A DNA stretch of 64,000 nt from a candidate division FCPU426 bacterium (GCA_963840035.1 CAWIXE010000001.1:736001-800000), one strand, 5' to 3'; positions 9,793 through 19,402 are shown, counted from the stretch's first letter. Translations and numbers: made by a program. The notes: generated from the sequence alone by a model not told the origin.

Positions 9793-10410
9793 ATGACTAT
9801 TCAAACAAACGTAAGGCATAATAGAAGAGGTACTTTAAAAAAAATTACTGATAAAATGAATCCGGACTTTATTTACCTTATGCAATCTCGTATGGCCCAG
9901 GCATCTATAGGGGCATCCTCTCTACGAAATCAAGGGAAATCCAAAGTAATAGAGATATGTCGTAAATTTTGCATGGCTATGGACCTCTCAAAATATACGC
10001 CCAAAAGTTTTAAAACCCAGCTGGATAAGGATACGCGTAAACTGCTTAAGCGGTTAGGAATGAAAGAAACCCAGTGGGGAACTGCCAGAAAAGCGATAAA
10101 TCTATTTTTACGCGATGTTTTTTATAATAAATATTTGGTACCGGTGTATAAAATGGGAAAACTGGATTACTTGTTGGAAGTGCCATTAGATACTCAGGTA
10201 GCTGATAAAATCAAAAGGTACTCTCAAGGGGAAGATTTGATATGGCATGGAATAAAACACACTACCGAGAGTGAAAACAAGGCTTTTCAAGATGCGGCTA
10301 ATCAAATTGCTAATGAAAACATCTCGATTAATTTTAGAGTACATTTGGATTTAATTTTTTGGCGTTATGAAAACGAAAACGTCCTTATTAAAGGTGCCGA
10401 TTATGAGTAA
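9793..10410 (+). CDS. Hypothetical protein, possibly HhH-like DNA-binding or glycosylase fold
   Basis: AGGAG RBS; WGTARKAINLFLRD, LEVPLD, RVHLDLIFW. Confidence 0.6.
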   Translation: MTIQTNVRHNRRGTLKKITDKMNPDFIYLMQSRMAQASIGASSLRNQGKSKVIEICRKFCMAMDLSKYTPKSFKTQLDKDTRKLLKRLGMKETQWGTARKAINLFLRDVFYNKYLVPVYKMGKLDYLLEVPLDTQVADKIKRYSQGEDLIWHGIKHTTESENKAFQDAANQIANENISINFRVHLDLIFWRYENENVLIKGADYE

Positions 10411-11260
10411 TCAAGCTTGGAGCGTAGCTGAGGTAGAATCTGCTATTAAGGGATATTTTCAATTGTTGGAAAGCGAATTAAGCGGTAAGGCTGTTAATAA
10501 AGCTCGATTTATTCGAGAATTAAATACGCATATTAAGGACAGGACCAAAGGTTCAATTGAATATAAATTTGGAAATATAAGCGCGGTTTTGTCCGAAAAG
10601 GGGCTTGATTTTTTAAATGGATATGCGCCGTATAATAAATATCAGAACTTGCTTGTAAACATGACCGAGTCATATTTGGATGAAAATCCTAATTTTAGGG
10701 TCTTGCTTGAAAAAAAATCTCCCATTTCGAAACCAATTTTAATCGATGACCTTAGGCCTTATCAATCTTACATAGTACCGGTTCCAAAGGTCTCAGAATT
10801 GAAAGAGGAACGGGAAAGCTATCCCAGGCATATTGATTTTGCCGCTAAGGACTTTCGGAATAGGCTGTTGGGGAAAAAAGGCGAAGAATTTGTTTATGCG
10901 CTGGAAAAGAATAATCTTGAGAAGCAGGGTCTTGATAAACTTGCCACCAAAGTCAAATGGGTATCTCTGGAAGAAGGAGATGGGGCTGGATTTGATATTT
11001 TATCTTTTGATGCGAAAGGAAGAGAAAAATATATAGAAGTAAAAACTACGACCCTAAACATTAATACCTCCTTTTATATGAGTGACAGTGAAATTAAGTT
11101 TTCAAAGAAACATATGAGTGACTTTTATATGCATCGTCTATACGATTTTTTTAATGAAAGGCGTTTTTATGTTGCCGATACGGAAAAGTTGCTAAAATTC
11201 GATATAAAACCATTGCAATTTATGTTGAGCCCAACACCGGAACAGCTTGCAGGATTATAA
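10403..11260 (+). CDS. DUF3883 PD-(D/E)xK nuclease with helical N-terminal domain
   Basis: GKKGEEFV, GDGAGFDILSF, YIEVKTT; start moved to the ATG at 10403 after AAGGTG. Confidence 0.8.
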   Translation: MSNQAWSVAEVESAIKGYFQLLESELSGKAVNKARFIRELNTHIKDRTKGSIEYKFGNISAVLSEKGLDFLNGYAPYNKYQNLLVNMTESYLDENPNFRVLLEKKSPISKPILIDDLRPYQSYIVPVPKVSELKEERESYPRHIDFAAKDFRNRLLGKKGEEFVYALEKNNLEKQGLDKLATKVKWVSLEEGDGAGFDILSFDAKGREKYIEVKTTTLNINTSFYMSDSEIKFSKKHMSDFYMHRLYDFFNERRFYVADTEKLLKFDIKPLQFMLSPTPEQLAGL

Positions 11261-11414
11261 AATCTAAGCCCCGTTGACTCGGGCCACTGGTTCCTTGACG
11301 GCAAGTAAAACACTGTTCCTCATACTATATGGAAGTTAAGAACACGGCCGGCGGGAGACAGAGCAAGTTCTGTCTCTACATAGCACAGAAAAAATATAGA
11401 ATAAGAAAAAGAAA

Positions 11415-11645
11415 GTGATGGTGAAGCGTATGAAAGTTGCAAGGTACACCTGGGGCGAGTTTAACAACGTGGAAGAATTGTCAAAGCAGTACCTTAAAGG
11501 CATGAGAAAACTTACAAAGACCGAACTGCTTGGGTTTAGTTTTAGGAAGCAGGATGTGGGGAAGGATTTTTATGCGGAAGAGGAATATATAGATTCGGGG
11601 GCAGACGGGACGACTGTTAAGTTTTCTTATGCTTTGGAGAAATAG
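11415..11645 (+). CDS. Small hypothetical protein
   Basis: Open frame with plausible composition; weak RBS. Confidence 0.4.
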   Translation: MMVKRMKVARYTWGEFNNVEELSKQYLKGMRKLTKTELLGFSFRKQDVGKDFYAEEEYIDSGADGTTVKFSYALEK

Positions 11646-11665
11646 TCAGCTTTCGGCGAAAAAAT

Positions 11666-11762
11666 AGAGTCCCAACACCGTGCCTTGACTAATGACATTA
11701 CAGAAAAATATGCCCTTAAAATAAGGGTAAAGTATTATTTGTTGACAAATACAGCTGTTTTG
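11666..11762 (+). repeat. About 97-bp dispersed repeat, copy 1
   Basis: Colinear with 13684-13780; core ACCGTGCCTTGACTMATGACATTRCAG. Confidence 0.8.
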
Positions 11763-11922
11763 TCATTTTGTAATTACACACAATAATTTACAATATGATA
11801 ATTCTGAACTTATTGAATACCTCTATGTTATATGATATTATGCACTCGTTGGTTGGTTTTATCAAAATACCAATCCGGGGAGGCGTGTTATTCTTAATAT
11901 ACATCAAATACTCAAAAAAAAA

Positions 11923-12879
11923 TTGTATCCGGTTTTATTTATTTTTGTTTTATCCGTTCCTGCCCTTAACATGGCCGCTCCGGCTAAGCCTTCTTATCCT
12001 GTTGTCGTTTACCTTCAGGGCGGTAAAAGCATTGACGTTGGCAGGCTTGCCTGGGGGGATATGACTCATGTGGCTGAGGCTTTTGCGCATGCGCGTGCTG
12101 ACGGGACCCTGTCACACCGTAAGCGGAAGGGGCTTGTTTCCATGGCTCACAGCAGGAATGTCCGCTGTATGCTCAGCATTGGCGGGATGGGGGATTCTAA
12201 TGAGGACTGGCGGATGGCTATCGGGGCTAATCAGGATGCTTTTGTGAAGAATATTGTTGAATATATAACGATGAATGATTATGACGGTATTGATGTGGAC
12301 TGGGAATTTCCCCGGGAGCAGGATATGGTTAATTTTACTTCTTTCATGACAAAACTCTCTGCAGCGGTCCATGCGGTAAACGGTTACGACGGAAAGCCGA
12401 AAGAGGTCATGTTTTGCATCTGCGAGGCGCCCGGGAGCAACGGGGGATATGATTATCCCTCGCTGGGGAAGATTGTGGATTACGGGATTTTGATGTCTTA
12501 TAACTCACTGCCCTCGGCACAGGCGGCCAGCCAGTCCGCGATGGAGCTGGGGTTTCCTGCTGAGAAGATGCTCATAGGGCTCGGGCTTTTTGACAGCACC
12601 GGGACAAGTTCTGTTTTAAGGGTCATGAATGAAGGCAGTTATATCGGCTATGACGAAAGCCAGGAAACGGGGAGCTATTATTATAAGGGCGCCACGGTAA
12701 CCGTCAACACCCCGCAATCCATCAGGGCCAGGTTAAAGTGGGTTTTGAACCGGGCCGTCCCGTTCCCAGGCATAGCCGTATGGCAGGCCACATACGCCTA
12801 CCCGCCGACAGATAAAACCGCAGCGGAATTGTGGGATGCAATCGGCGGCGGGGAAGTTGCTGTGGATGAGGCGCGGTAA
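11923..12879 (+). CDS. GH18 glycoside hydrolase (chitinase-like), secreted; true start probably upstream
   Basis: LSIGG and YDGIDVDWEFP (DxxDxDxE), MSY; signal-peptide h-region. Confidence 0.85.
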   Translation: MYPVLFIFVLSVPALNMAAPAKPSYPVVVYLQGGKSIDVGRLAWGDMTHVAEAFAHARADGTLSHRKRKGLVSMAHSRNVRCMLSIGGMGDSNEDWRMAIGANQDAFVKNIVEYITMNDYDGIDVDWEFPREQDMVNFTSFMTKLSAAVHAVNGYDGKPKEVMFCICEAPGSNGGYDYPSLGKIVDYGILMSYNSLPSAQAASQSAMELGFPAEKMLIGLGLFDSTGTSSVLRVMNEGSYIGYDESQETGSYYYKGATVTVNTPQSIRARLKWVLNRAVPFPGIAVWQATYAYPPTDKTAAELWDAIGGGEVAVDEAR

Positions 12880-12898
12880 GTACGACTCGGGGAAAGGC

Positions 12899-12923
12899 GG
12901 GCGATTCGTGAATCGCCCCTACA
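12899..12923 (-). repeat. GTAG-type REP
   Basis: GGGCGATTCGTGAATCGCCCCTACA. Confidence 0.8.
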
Positions 12924-12987
12924 AAAACAACAAAATCAAATAAAGAGAAAGAGTCAGACCATTACCTGATACACTCGGGGAGACAGA

Positions 12988-13474
12988 ATGATGCTGATAA
13001 AAGAAAAAGAATACAATTACGGACAGAATACCGGCACGTTGATTATGTTGGCTGTTCTGTTTGCCGGGTTTTCGGGGGGGGTTGGCTTGGATGGGGCATA
13101 CTCATACTGGCGGGTTGGTGATACGGAGTTTAATTAAGCTGAATCAGGGGCAGGCTATATTACTGTACTATACGCTGGCTGTTTCATTTGGGTTGCTTAC
13201 TATCCTTACGGGCGCCTCGGCTGTTTCTAGCAGGATGGAAAAAAGGAAGCTGATTGTGTACAATGACAGGCTGCTTTTTACCGGGGGCAAAGAGCCTGTT
13301 ACTCATTTTTTCAGGGATATATCATCGGCAAAAGTGTCACAAATCTCAACCGCACGGTTTCTGGAGGCTGATATGAAAGACGGGAATAAAGTGATGATAG
13401 CGGAGGTCAATTTTAGAACCGTAGCGGAATTTGAGGAAGTATCGGCGTATGTAATGGAAGCGGTTAAAAGATAA
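12988..13474 (+). pseudogene. Two-TM membrane protein frameshifted at a G8 tract
   Basis: GGGGAG RBS and ATG 12988; removing one G at 13074-13081 joins it to the 13061-13474 ORF. Confidence 0.7.
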
Positions 13475-13542
13475 AGGGCCGTCCGTTTGAATTTATACAG
13501 TGCGTTTTCATTTTTTGACCCACAACATCCCCAAAACAAACC

Positions 13543-13602
13543 GTAGAGACGGCCCTTGTGGCCGTCTCGCTCTGCTTTAGACGGGGACGAGCCCCGTCTC
13601 TA
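13543..13602. repeat. Inverted pair of GTAG-type REPs
   Basis: GTAGAGACGGCC...GGCCGTCTC and GACGGGG...CCCCGTCTCTAC. Confidence 0.8.
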
Positions 13603-13683
13603 CGGATTTTTTTTGATTTTTTCATATTTTTAGTATATTATTACCGTACGGTAAATATGGGGTGAAAAATGAGAATAACAGGA

Positions 13684-13780
13684 AGAATCCTAATACCGTG
13701 CCTTGACTCATGACATTGCAGGAAAAAGCGCTTTTAAAATATAGCCATTGTATTATTTCTTCTTAAATATGACGGTTTTA
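13684..13780 (+). repeat. About 97-bp dispersed repeat, copy 2
   Basis: Colinear with 11666-11762. Confidence 0.8.
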
Positions 13781-13849
13781 TAGAGCAATGGAAACACAAA
13801 TCTAACTGCATTTCAGGAGGGCCTTATCAGGAAGATATGGATTGTCTTA

Positions 13850-15079
13850 ATGGCGGTTTTTATTTTATCCGTTCCCTTTGTACTTGCAGACACGCCTCCC
13901 CGTGAATGGTTTGCAACGGAGCTTGCTGTCAGGGACTGTAAGATGCCAAAGGAAGAATCACAAAAAAAGCTCAGCGAACTGCGGCCTTTGCTGGATAAAT
14001 ATTTCATCGATAACGGCGGCACTATAGCGGCTTACACGCCTGTTTTCCCCCTTGAAGGCTACGATGTCTATGACGCGGACACTAAAGGTTATATCGTTAA
14101 TGGGTATGATTTTTTTGACGGCAACCAGCATAAGGACCATCCCGCTGTGGACATATTCATACGCGACAGGAATCAGGACTGCCTTGACGACAGGACCGGA
14201 AAGCTGGTAAAGATATTTTCCGTAAGCCCCGGGGTCGTGACTGGGATAAATACGGGATGGACGCCCGGCAGCCCTTTGCGGGGAGGAAATTATGTTTTTG
14301 TCTATGACCCGTTCACAAAGGGGCTTTTCTATTACGCGCACATGTCTTATACCGCTGTGGACGTGGGGCAGGTGGTAAAGCCCGGGGATTTGCTCGGCAC
14401 CGTGGGCAGAACCGGGCTTAACGCTTACAAAAAGAAATCCCCGACACACACGCACCTGATGTACCTTAAATACCATGAAAATGGCTACCCCATGCCGGAA
14501 AAAGCCGCAAAATTCCTCTATGCCGCGCACAGGCACAGGGAAATTCCCGGGCCTGAAAGCCTTGCCCTGATAGCCTCGCAGATTCTCAAAGGCGCAAAAA
14601 ATGAGGCCGCGGCCGGAAAAAATTACAAAACAAACTATCCGGAACCGGAAGCCGGCACCGCCGTATTTCACGGCGCTGACGCGGTATTTGAAGCTTTCCT
14701 TTTCGCAGGCATAGACCTCAAGGCGCTTATCTCTGAGGATATGCGCCAGAATATCACCGTATATCCGGGCAGGATTATGTGGGATAAGATTAAGGCTGAC
14801 CCGGATTTCATCGAGGGGCAGTACAACGATATCACAATATTTTTTGACAGGTTCGCCGAGGAGCTTACCCTAAGGACGGATATTTTAAGCCTGCATCAAT
14901 GGGCGCCGGGTGACGTGGTAATCTGGAGCTATAAAAACGCGTACCATGCCGGCATAATATCCGACAGGAAAGACGGCGCAGGCACGCCATATGTCATCCA
15001 TTCTTACCCGGGTTATACAGCCGAGGAGGATGTTTTAAATACATGGAAAATAATACGGCATTACAGGTACGGAGGGTAA
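13850..15079 (+). CDS. M23 peptidase fused to a DUF1287-like domain; true start possibly 13826
   Basis: HPAVD and HTH zinc motifs, YYAHM, VGRTG; C-terminal WAPGDVVIW, HAGIISD, EEDVL, HYRY. Confidence 0.8.
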   Translation: MAVFILSVPFVLADTPPREWFATELAVRDCKMPKEESQKKLSELRPLLDKYFIDNGGTIAAYTPVFPLEGYDVYDADTKGYIVNGYDFFDGNQHKDHPAVDIFIRDRNQDCLDDRTGKLVKIFSVSPGVVTGINTGWTPGSPLRGGNYVFVYDPFTKGLFYYAHMSYTAVDVGQVVKPGDLLGTVGRTGLNAYKKKSPTHTHLMYLKYHENGYPMPEKAAKFLYAAHRHREIPGPESLALIASQILKGAKNEAAAGKNYKTNYPEPEAGTAVFHGADAVFEAFLFAGIDLKALISEDMRQNITVYPGRIMWDKIKADPDFIEGQYNDITIFFDRFAEELTLRTDILSLHQWAPGDVVIWSYKNAYHAGIISDRKDGAGTPYVIHSYPGYTAEEDVLNTWKIIRHYRYGG

Positions 15080-15120
15080 TTCAGCGGAAAGTAGCAATAA
15101 TTAATTACGACAAAAAATGG

Positions 15121-15152
15121 CAAAAAACAGCGCTGATTTCGGCGCGTTTTTT
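15121..15152 (+). terminator. Possible intrinsic terminator
   Basis: GCGCTG/CGGCGC stem followed by a T tract. Confidence 0.45.
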
Positions 15153-15205
15153 ACGGCATGGTTTTTTGGAATAAATGGGAGACACTTTTTTTAGGAGGAT
15201 TGACC

Positions 15206-15802
15206 ATGAAAAACAAGACAAATGTGACAAAGTACGCTTTTTTGTCCCTGATTTATGACCTCGTCTTTACCCCGTTCTTCACTGCGGCGCGCAAAAAGAG
15301 TTTTGATATGCTCGGGATAAAGAAAAACGATAAAGTCCTGCTTGTTGGCGTGGGAACCGGGCTGGACATTCCCCTGATTACTCCGGGGGCATGGGTGACC
15401 GGGGTGGATTTGTCGCCAGCCATGCTTGAAAAAGCGGAAAAAAAGAAGACTTCACGCACTCAGCTGATAAAGATGAACGCGGAGAAACTGCAGTTTAAAA
15501 GCGGGGCTTTTGATGTGGTGGTACTGAACCTCATACTTTCCGTGGTTGAAAAACCTTCGGCTGCCATGCGTGAGGCTTACCGGGTGCTGAAAAAAGGGGG
15601 GCGTATTATGGTGTGGGATAAGTTTGCGCCGGGAAAGAAAACAAGCCTGGCCCGTAAGGCCCTGAATGTCATTACCTCGCTAATAGGGACGGACATAACA
15701 CGGAACTTTGAGGATATAACGCAGGGTATGAAACTGAAGATTTTAAATGACGAAGCTGTAATGTTTGGCGGGAATTACAGGACGATAATAATAAGGAAGT
15801 GA
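15206..15802 (+). CDS. Class I SAM methyltransferase (phospholipid N-methyltransferase PmtA-like)
   Basis: VLLVGVGTGLD, GVDLSPAML, RVLKKGG; AGGAGG RBS. Confidence 0.8.
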   Translation: MKNKTNVTKYAFLSLIYDLVFTPFFTAARKKSFDMLGIKKNDKVLLVGVGTGLDIPLITPGAWVTGVDLSPAMLEKAEKKKTSRTQLIKMNAEKLQFKSGAFDVVVLNLILSVVEKPSAAMREAYRVLKKGGRIMVWDKFAPGKKTSLARKALNVITSLIGTDITRNFEDITQGMKLKILNDEAVMFGGNYRTIIIRK

Positions 15803-15912
15803 ATAAAGAAAGGTGTCAGGCCTATACCTGATAAATGACATAAGACGCATAATCAGACTTCGCCAAAGCTTCGCCTGACAAGCCATGCGCCCGCTAATAT
15901 GAGGTATAAAAC

Positions 15913-17103
15913 CTAAAATTTCACATTAAAAGCGCGGCGTTTTACCGCCAGGGAGGTTATCTTTTCCATTACTTTTTTCCAGTTATAATTCTCCCTGATG
16001 TTCGCGGAGGCTTTTGCGCGCATGGCTTTGTATTTTGACAGGGCGTTTTCCTTCATGTTAAGCACGTGTTCTATTTTATTTTTCCACGCTAATTTGGAGG
16101 CGAAACCGGCTATGAAGCCGGTTATTTTTTTGATTATAATTTCCTTCGGCCCTCCTATGTCAGAAACCACAACCGGGGCGCCGCAGGCCTGGGCTTCCAG
16201 CACTACCATGCCGAATGTGTCGGTGGTGCTGGGGAAGACGAAGAGGTCGGCGGCGGAATACAGCAGGGGCAGGAAGGACTGCTTTTGCCTGCCTGTGAAA
16301 ATGACGCGCGGGAAAGCGCTCATTTCAGCCTTAAACTCCTCAAGATACGGGCCGTCGCCGACAATCAGCAGGTTTATGTTCGGCCTTTCTTTAAGCAGGT
16401 TCGTATAGACCTCTTTTAAGAGCAGGAGGTTCTTGTCCTTTGACACGCGGCCCGAGTACATAAGCAGGGGGCCGTTTTTTATCCTGAATTTACCGCGCAC
16501 TTTTTGTCCGGCGTTCTTCCTGTAGCCGAAGATATCCAGGTTTATCCCGCGCTCGAAAACAGACATTTTAGCCGCGGGAAATCCGCGCTTTTCAAGTATG
16601 GAAATATATTCTTTTGTCGGCACTTTTATCTCATCCATGCAGGAGTAAAACCAGCGCAGGCCGGATTCTATGGAATCCTCAGCGAATTTATTTTTTACTA
16701 TGGTATTGGCCTGCAGGGTAAAATCAGTGTGGTAAATCCCGGTGGCCCAGATATTGAGCATATTTGAGATAAAAAGCCCGAAGAGCCCGACCGGCCCGGG
16801 CGTGGATATGATTATCTCATCCGGCTTGAAATTTTTAACGGCTTCAATGGATTCCGGCAATGACGGAATCTTTAGGGAAAGGTGCTCGTAAAAGGGAAGC
16901 TTGAAACTGCAGTAATGAGGCAGGTTCATGACATTGGGGGGAAGTTTTTCGCTGCTTTGTTCGGCGTTTGTCAGGCTTGTGGCCAGCCTGACATCCTTTC
17001 CCATTTTATGGGCGGTCCACGCGGCGTTCCTTAAAGTGACGGAAACGCCGTTTAAGTCCGTTAAAGTATCTGTAAACCAGAGAATACGCTTGTTTTCAGC
17101 CAT
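15913..17103 (-). CDS. GT4 glycosyltransferase
   Basis: NGVS, YHTDF, GRVSKDKN, FPSTTDTFGMVVLEAQACG. Confidence 0.9.
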   Translation of the reverse strand: MAENKRILWFTDTLTDLNGVSVTLRNAAWTAHKMGKDVRLATSLTNAEQSSEKLPPNVMNLPHYCSFKLPFYEHLSLKIPSLPESIEAVKNFKPDEIIISTPGPVGLFGLFISNMLNIWATGIYHTDFTLQANTIVKNKFAEDSIESGLRWFYSCMDEIKVPTKEYISILEKRGFPAAKMSVFERGINLDIFGYRKNAGQKVRGKFRIKNGPLLMYSGRVSKDKNLLLLKEVYTNLLKERPNINLLIVGDGPYLEEFKAEMSAFPRVIFTGRQKQSFLPLLYSAADLFVFPSTTDTFGMVVLEAQACGAPVVVSDIGGPKEIIIKKITGFIAGFASKLAWKNKIEHVLNMKENALSKYKAMRAKASANIRENYNWKKVMEKITSLAVKRRAFNVKF

Positions 17104-17296
17104 TTTGCCCCCCGTTTCTTTATTTGACGCCGGCTGTATGGGAAAGGGTTACAGGAAACCGTATACTCTCTGCAATGTCAAAAAAAGTATGGTTTTCATA
17201 GAGTGTTTCTTGTTATATTAGTATTAAAGAAACATTTATAATTCCGATATATATAACAGCAGATATTGGTATGAATAGTTTTGTATAAGGGGAGTA

Positions 17297-19402
17297 ATGA
17301 AAAAAACACGCGGGTTGCATATTCAGTTAATAAGACATACGGCACTGGTATTGCTGGTATGTTTTTTGGCATTTAATAGTATTACAGCAGCCGTGGCGCC
17401 GTGTTTTATACTGGAGTGGGGGACTACCGGGGCCGGAAACGGACAGTTTAAAAATCCGCTGGGTATCGCTGCGGATGGAGGCGGAACGGTATTTGTTTCT
17501 GACTGGGTAAACAAGAGAGTCGAATCTTTTGACAATACGGGAATATACTTGTCGCAATGGGGTGGGGCCGGCACCGGCAATGGGAAGTTTGACGGCCCAT
17601 ACGGTATGGCAATGGGAACCGGAGGAAATGTGTATGTGGTTGATTCTGGAAATAACAGGATCCAAATATTTGACAGCGCCGGAAATTACCTGGGCAAGTG
17701 GGGAACACCCGGGCCAGGTAACGGGCAGTTAAATAACCCTACGGGGATTGCGACGGATGTTTCTGGAAATGTGTATGTATGCGACTGGGGAAACGCAAGG
17801 ATACAAAAATTTGACAGTCTCGGCAATTATCTGAATCAGTGGGGGACATTAGGCCCGGGGAACAGCCAGTTTAACGGGCCTTACGGCATAGCGGTTGACG
17901 GATCGGGAAATGTGTTTGTGGCTGACTGGGGCAACAGCAGGATACAAAAATTCAGCAGTGCCGGAACATATATAACGCAGTGGGGCACGGCTGGCAGCGG
18001 AGACGGCGAATTTACGGGGCCGTACGGCATAGCAGTGGATACCGCCGGCAATGTATATGTCGCGGATGAATATAATTACAGGATTCAGGTATTCAGCGGC
18101 ACAGGCGCGTATATAACAAAGTGGGGGTCCATGGGGAGCGGGCCCGGTGAGTTTAATGTTCCTTCGGGAATAGCAGTGGATGGCAGCGGGTACATATATG
18201 TTACTGACCGGGATAATAACAGGGTGCAAAAATTCGGGCCGTGTACTACACCGACAATCACTCAGACAACAACACAAACATCGACCCCTACTTTTACACA
18301 TACACATACGCTTACGCATACTTTTTCACAGACACCCACGCATACCGCTTCCTGGACGCCTACTACGACATGCTCGATGACATTTACCATTACCGCGACC
18401 GCAACAAGCACTACAAGCCCTGCAAATACTTCCTCATACACCCGGACAAATACTCCTACATATACCAAAACTCCGGCTTATACCCTGTCAGCCACACCGT
18501 CATATACGGCATCATGCACCATGACGGCATCCGGGACTATAACTCCCGGTTATACATCGACCGAAAAGGCTACACTTTCATCCACGCCGACAGATACGCC
18601 GACTGCGACAAAAACAGCCACATCCACAATTACAGCCACATCATCGCGCACCGCTTCACAGACGGCTACACCATCAAAAACAATTACGGTATCTGCCGCA
18701 AATTCACCCACTGCGACACATACCCCTGTTGCCGCGAACTACAGTGTGGACCTGACAGCGCTGAAGACCGCAAGAGGTGAGGATGTGGCTGTCGGCGCGG
18801 TTTATACTTATACGCTCTTACTTGAAAACAATGACAGTCATGAGGCGAAAAACATCAGCATATGGGACACCATCCCTGACGGGCTTGCTGTGATATCAGC
18901 GGGGCTTAACCAATACCTTACCGTTACGGGCAATCTTTACAAATGGGACCTGCCGGCATCATACAACCTTTTTCCGGGAGGCCGTGTCGGCATAGATATA
19001 ACCGTCTCAATAAGCGTTATGCCCCCGGACGGTATTTTTAAGAATATATTTATGTGCGACTATAAAGACCCGGCGCATGATGTTTTAGGCCTGAGGCATG
19101 AACCTGTTGCTTCCGGGCAGTGTTTTTACCCGGGCGCGGTGCCTGTGGTGTACCCGAATCCGTTCAAGCTTTCTCTCGCGTACAAAAATATGAAATTCGG
19201 CAATATAACACCCGGATCAAATGTGCACGTATATACCTTAAGCGGAGAGAGGGTGTGGACCATGTATTGCAAAGGCATAATGGTTCGATGGGATCTGAAG
19301 AATACTTCGGGATTTATTGTTTCCCCGGGAATATACTACTACGTGATAAACAACCTATCAAGCGGTCAGACGCATGCAGGAAAGATATATATTACGAAAT
19401 AA
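17297..19402 (+). CDS. Secreted NHL-repeat beta-propeller, Thr-rich linker, DUF11-like domain, YPNP C-terminal domain
   Basis: Six WG..G.G.GQF..P.GIA.D repeats; VYPNPF...SPGIYYY...GKIYITK. Confidence 0.9.
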   Translation: MKKTRGLHIQLIRHTALVLLVCFLAFNSITAAVAPCFILEWGTTGAGNGQFKNPLGIAADGGGTVFVSDWVNKRVESFDNTGIYLSQWGGAGTGNGKFDGPYGMAMGTGGNVYVVDSGNNRIQIFDSAGNYLGKWGTPGPGNGQLNNPTGIATDVSGNVYVCDWGNARIQKFDSLGNYLNQWGTLGPGNSQFNGPYGIAVDGSGNVFVADWGNSRIQKFSSAGTYITQWGTAGSGDGEFTGPYGIAVDTAGNVYVADEYNYRIQVFSGTGAYITKWGSMGSGPGEFNVPSGIAVDGSGYIYVTDRDNNRVQKFGPCTTPTITQTTTQTSTPTFTHTHTLTHTFSQTPTHTASWTPTTTCSMTFTITATATSTTSPANTSSYTRTNTPTYTKTPAYTLSATPSYTASCTMTASGTITPGYTSTEKATLSSTPTDTPTATKTATSTITATSSRTASQTATPSKTITVSAANSPTATHTPVAANYSVDLTALKTARGEDVAVGAVYTYTLLLENNDSHEAKNISIWDTIPDGLAVISAGLNQYLTVTGNLYKWDLPASYNLFPGGRVGIDITVSISVMPPDGIFKNIFMCDYKDPAHDVLGLRHEPVASGQCFYPGAVPVVYPNPFKLSLAYKNMKFGNITPGSNVHVYTLSGERVWTMYCKGIMVRWDLKNTSGFIVSPGIYYYVINNLSSGQTHAGKIYITK

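Noticed and set aside
11914..11922. A9 tract as a phase switch for GH18
   Set aside because: The frame is already open through the tract; the alternative GTG is too close to the RBS
11300..15900. Integron cassette array
   Set aside because: No integrase or attC core sites; the genes have their own upstream regions
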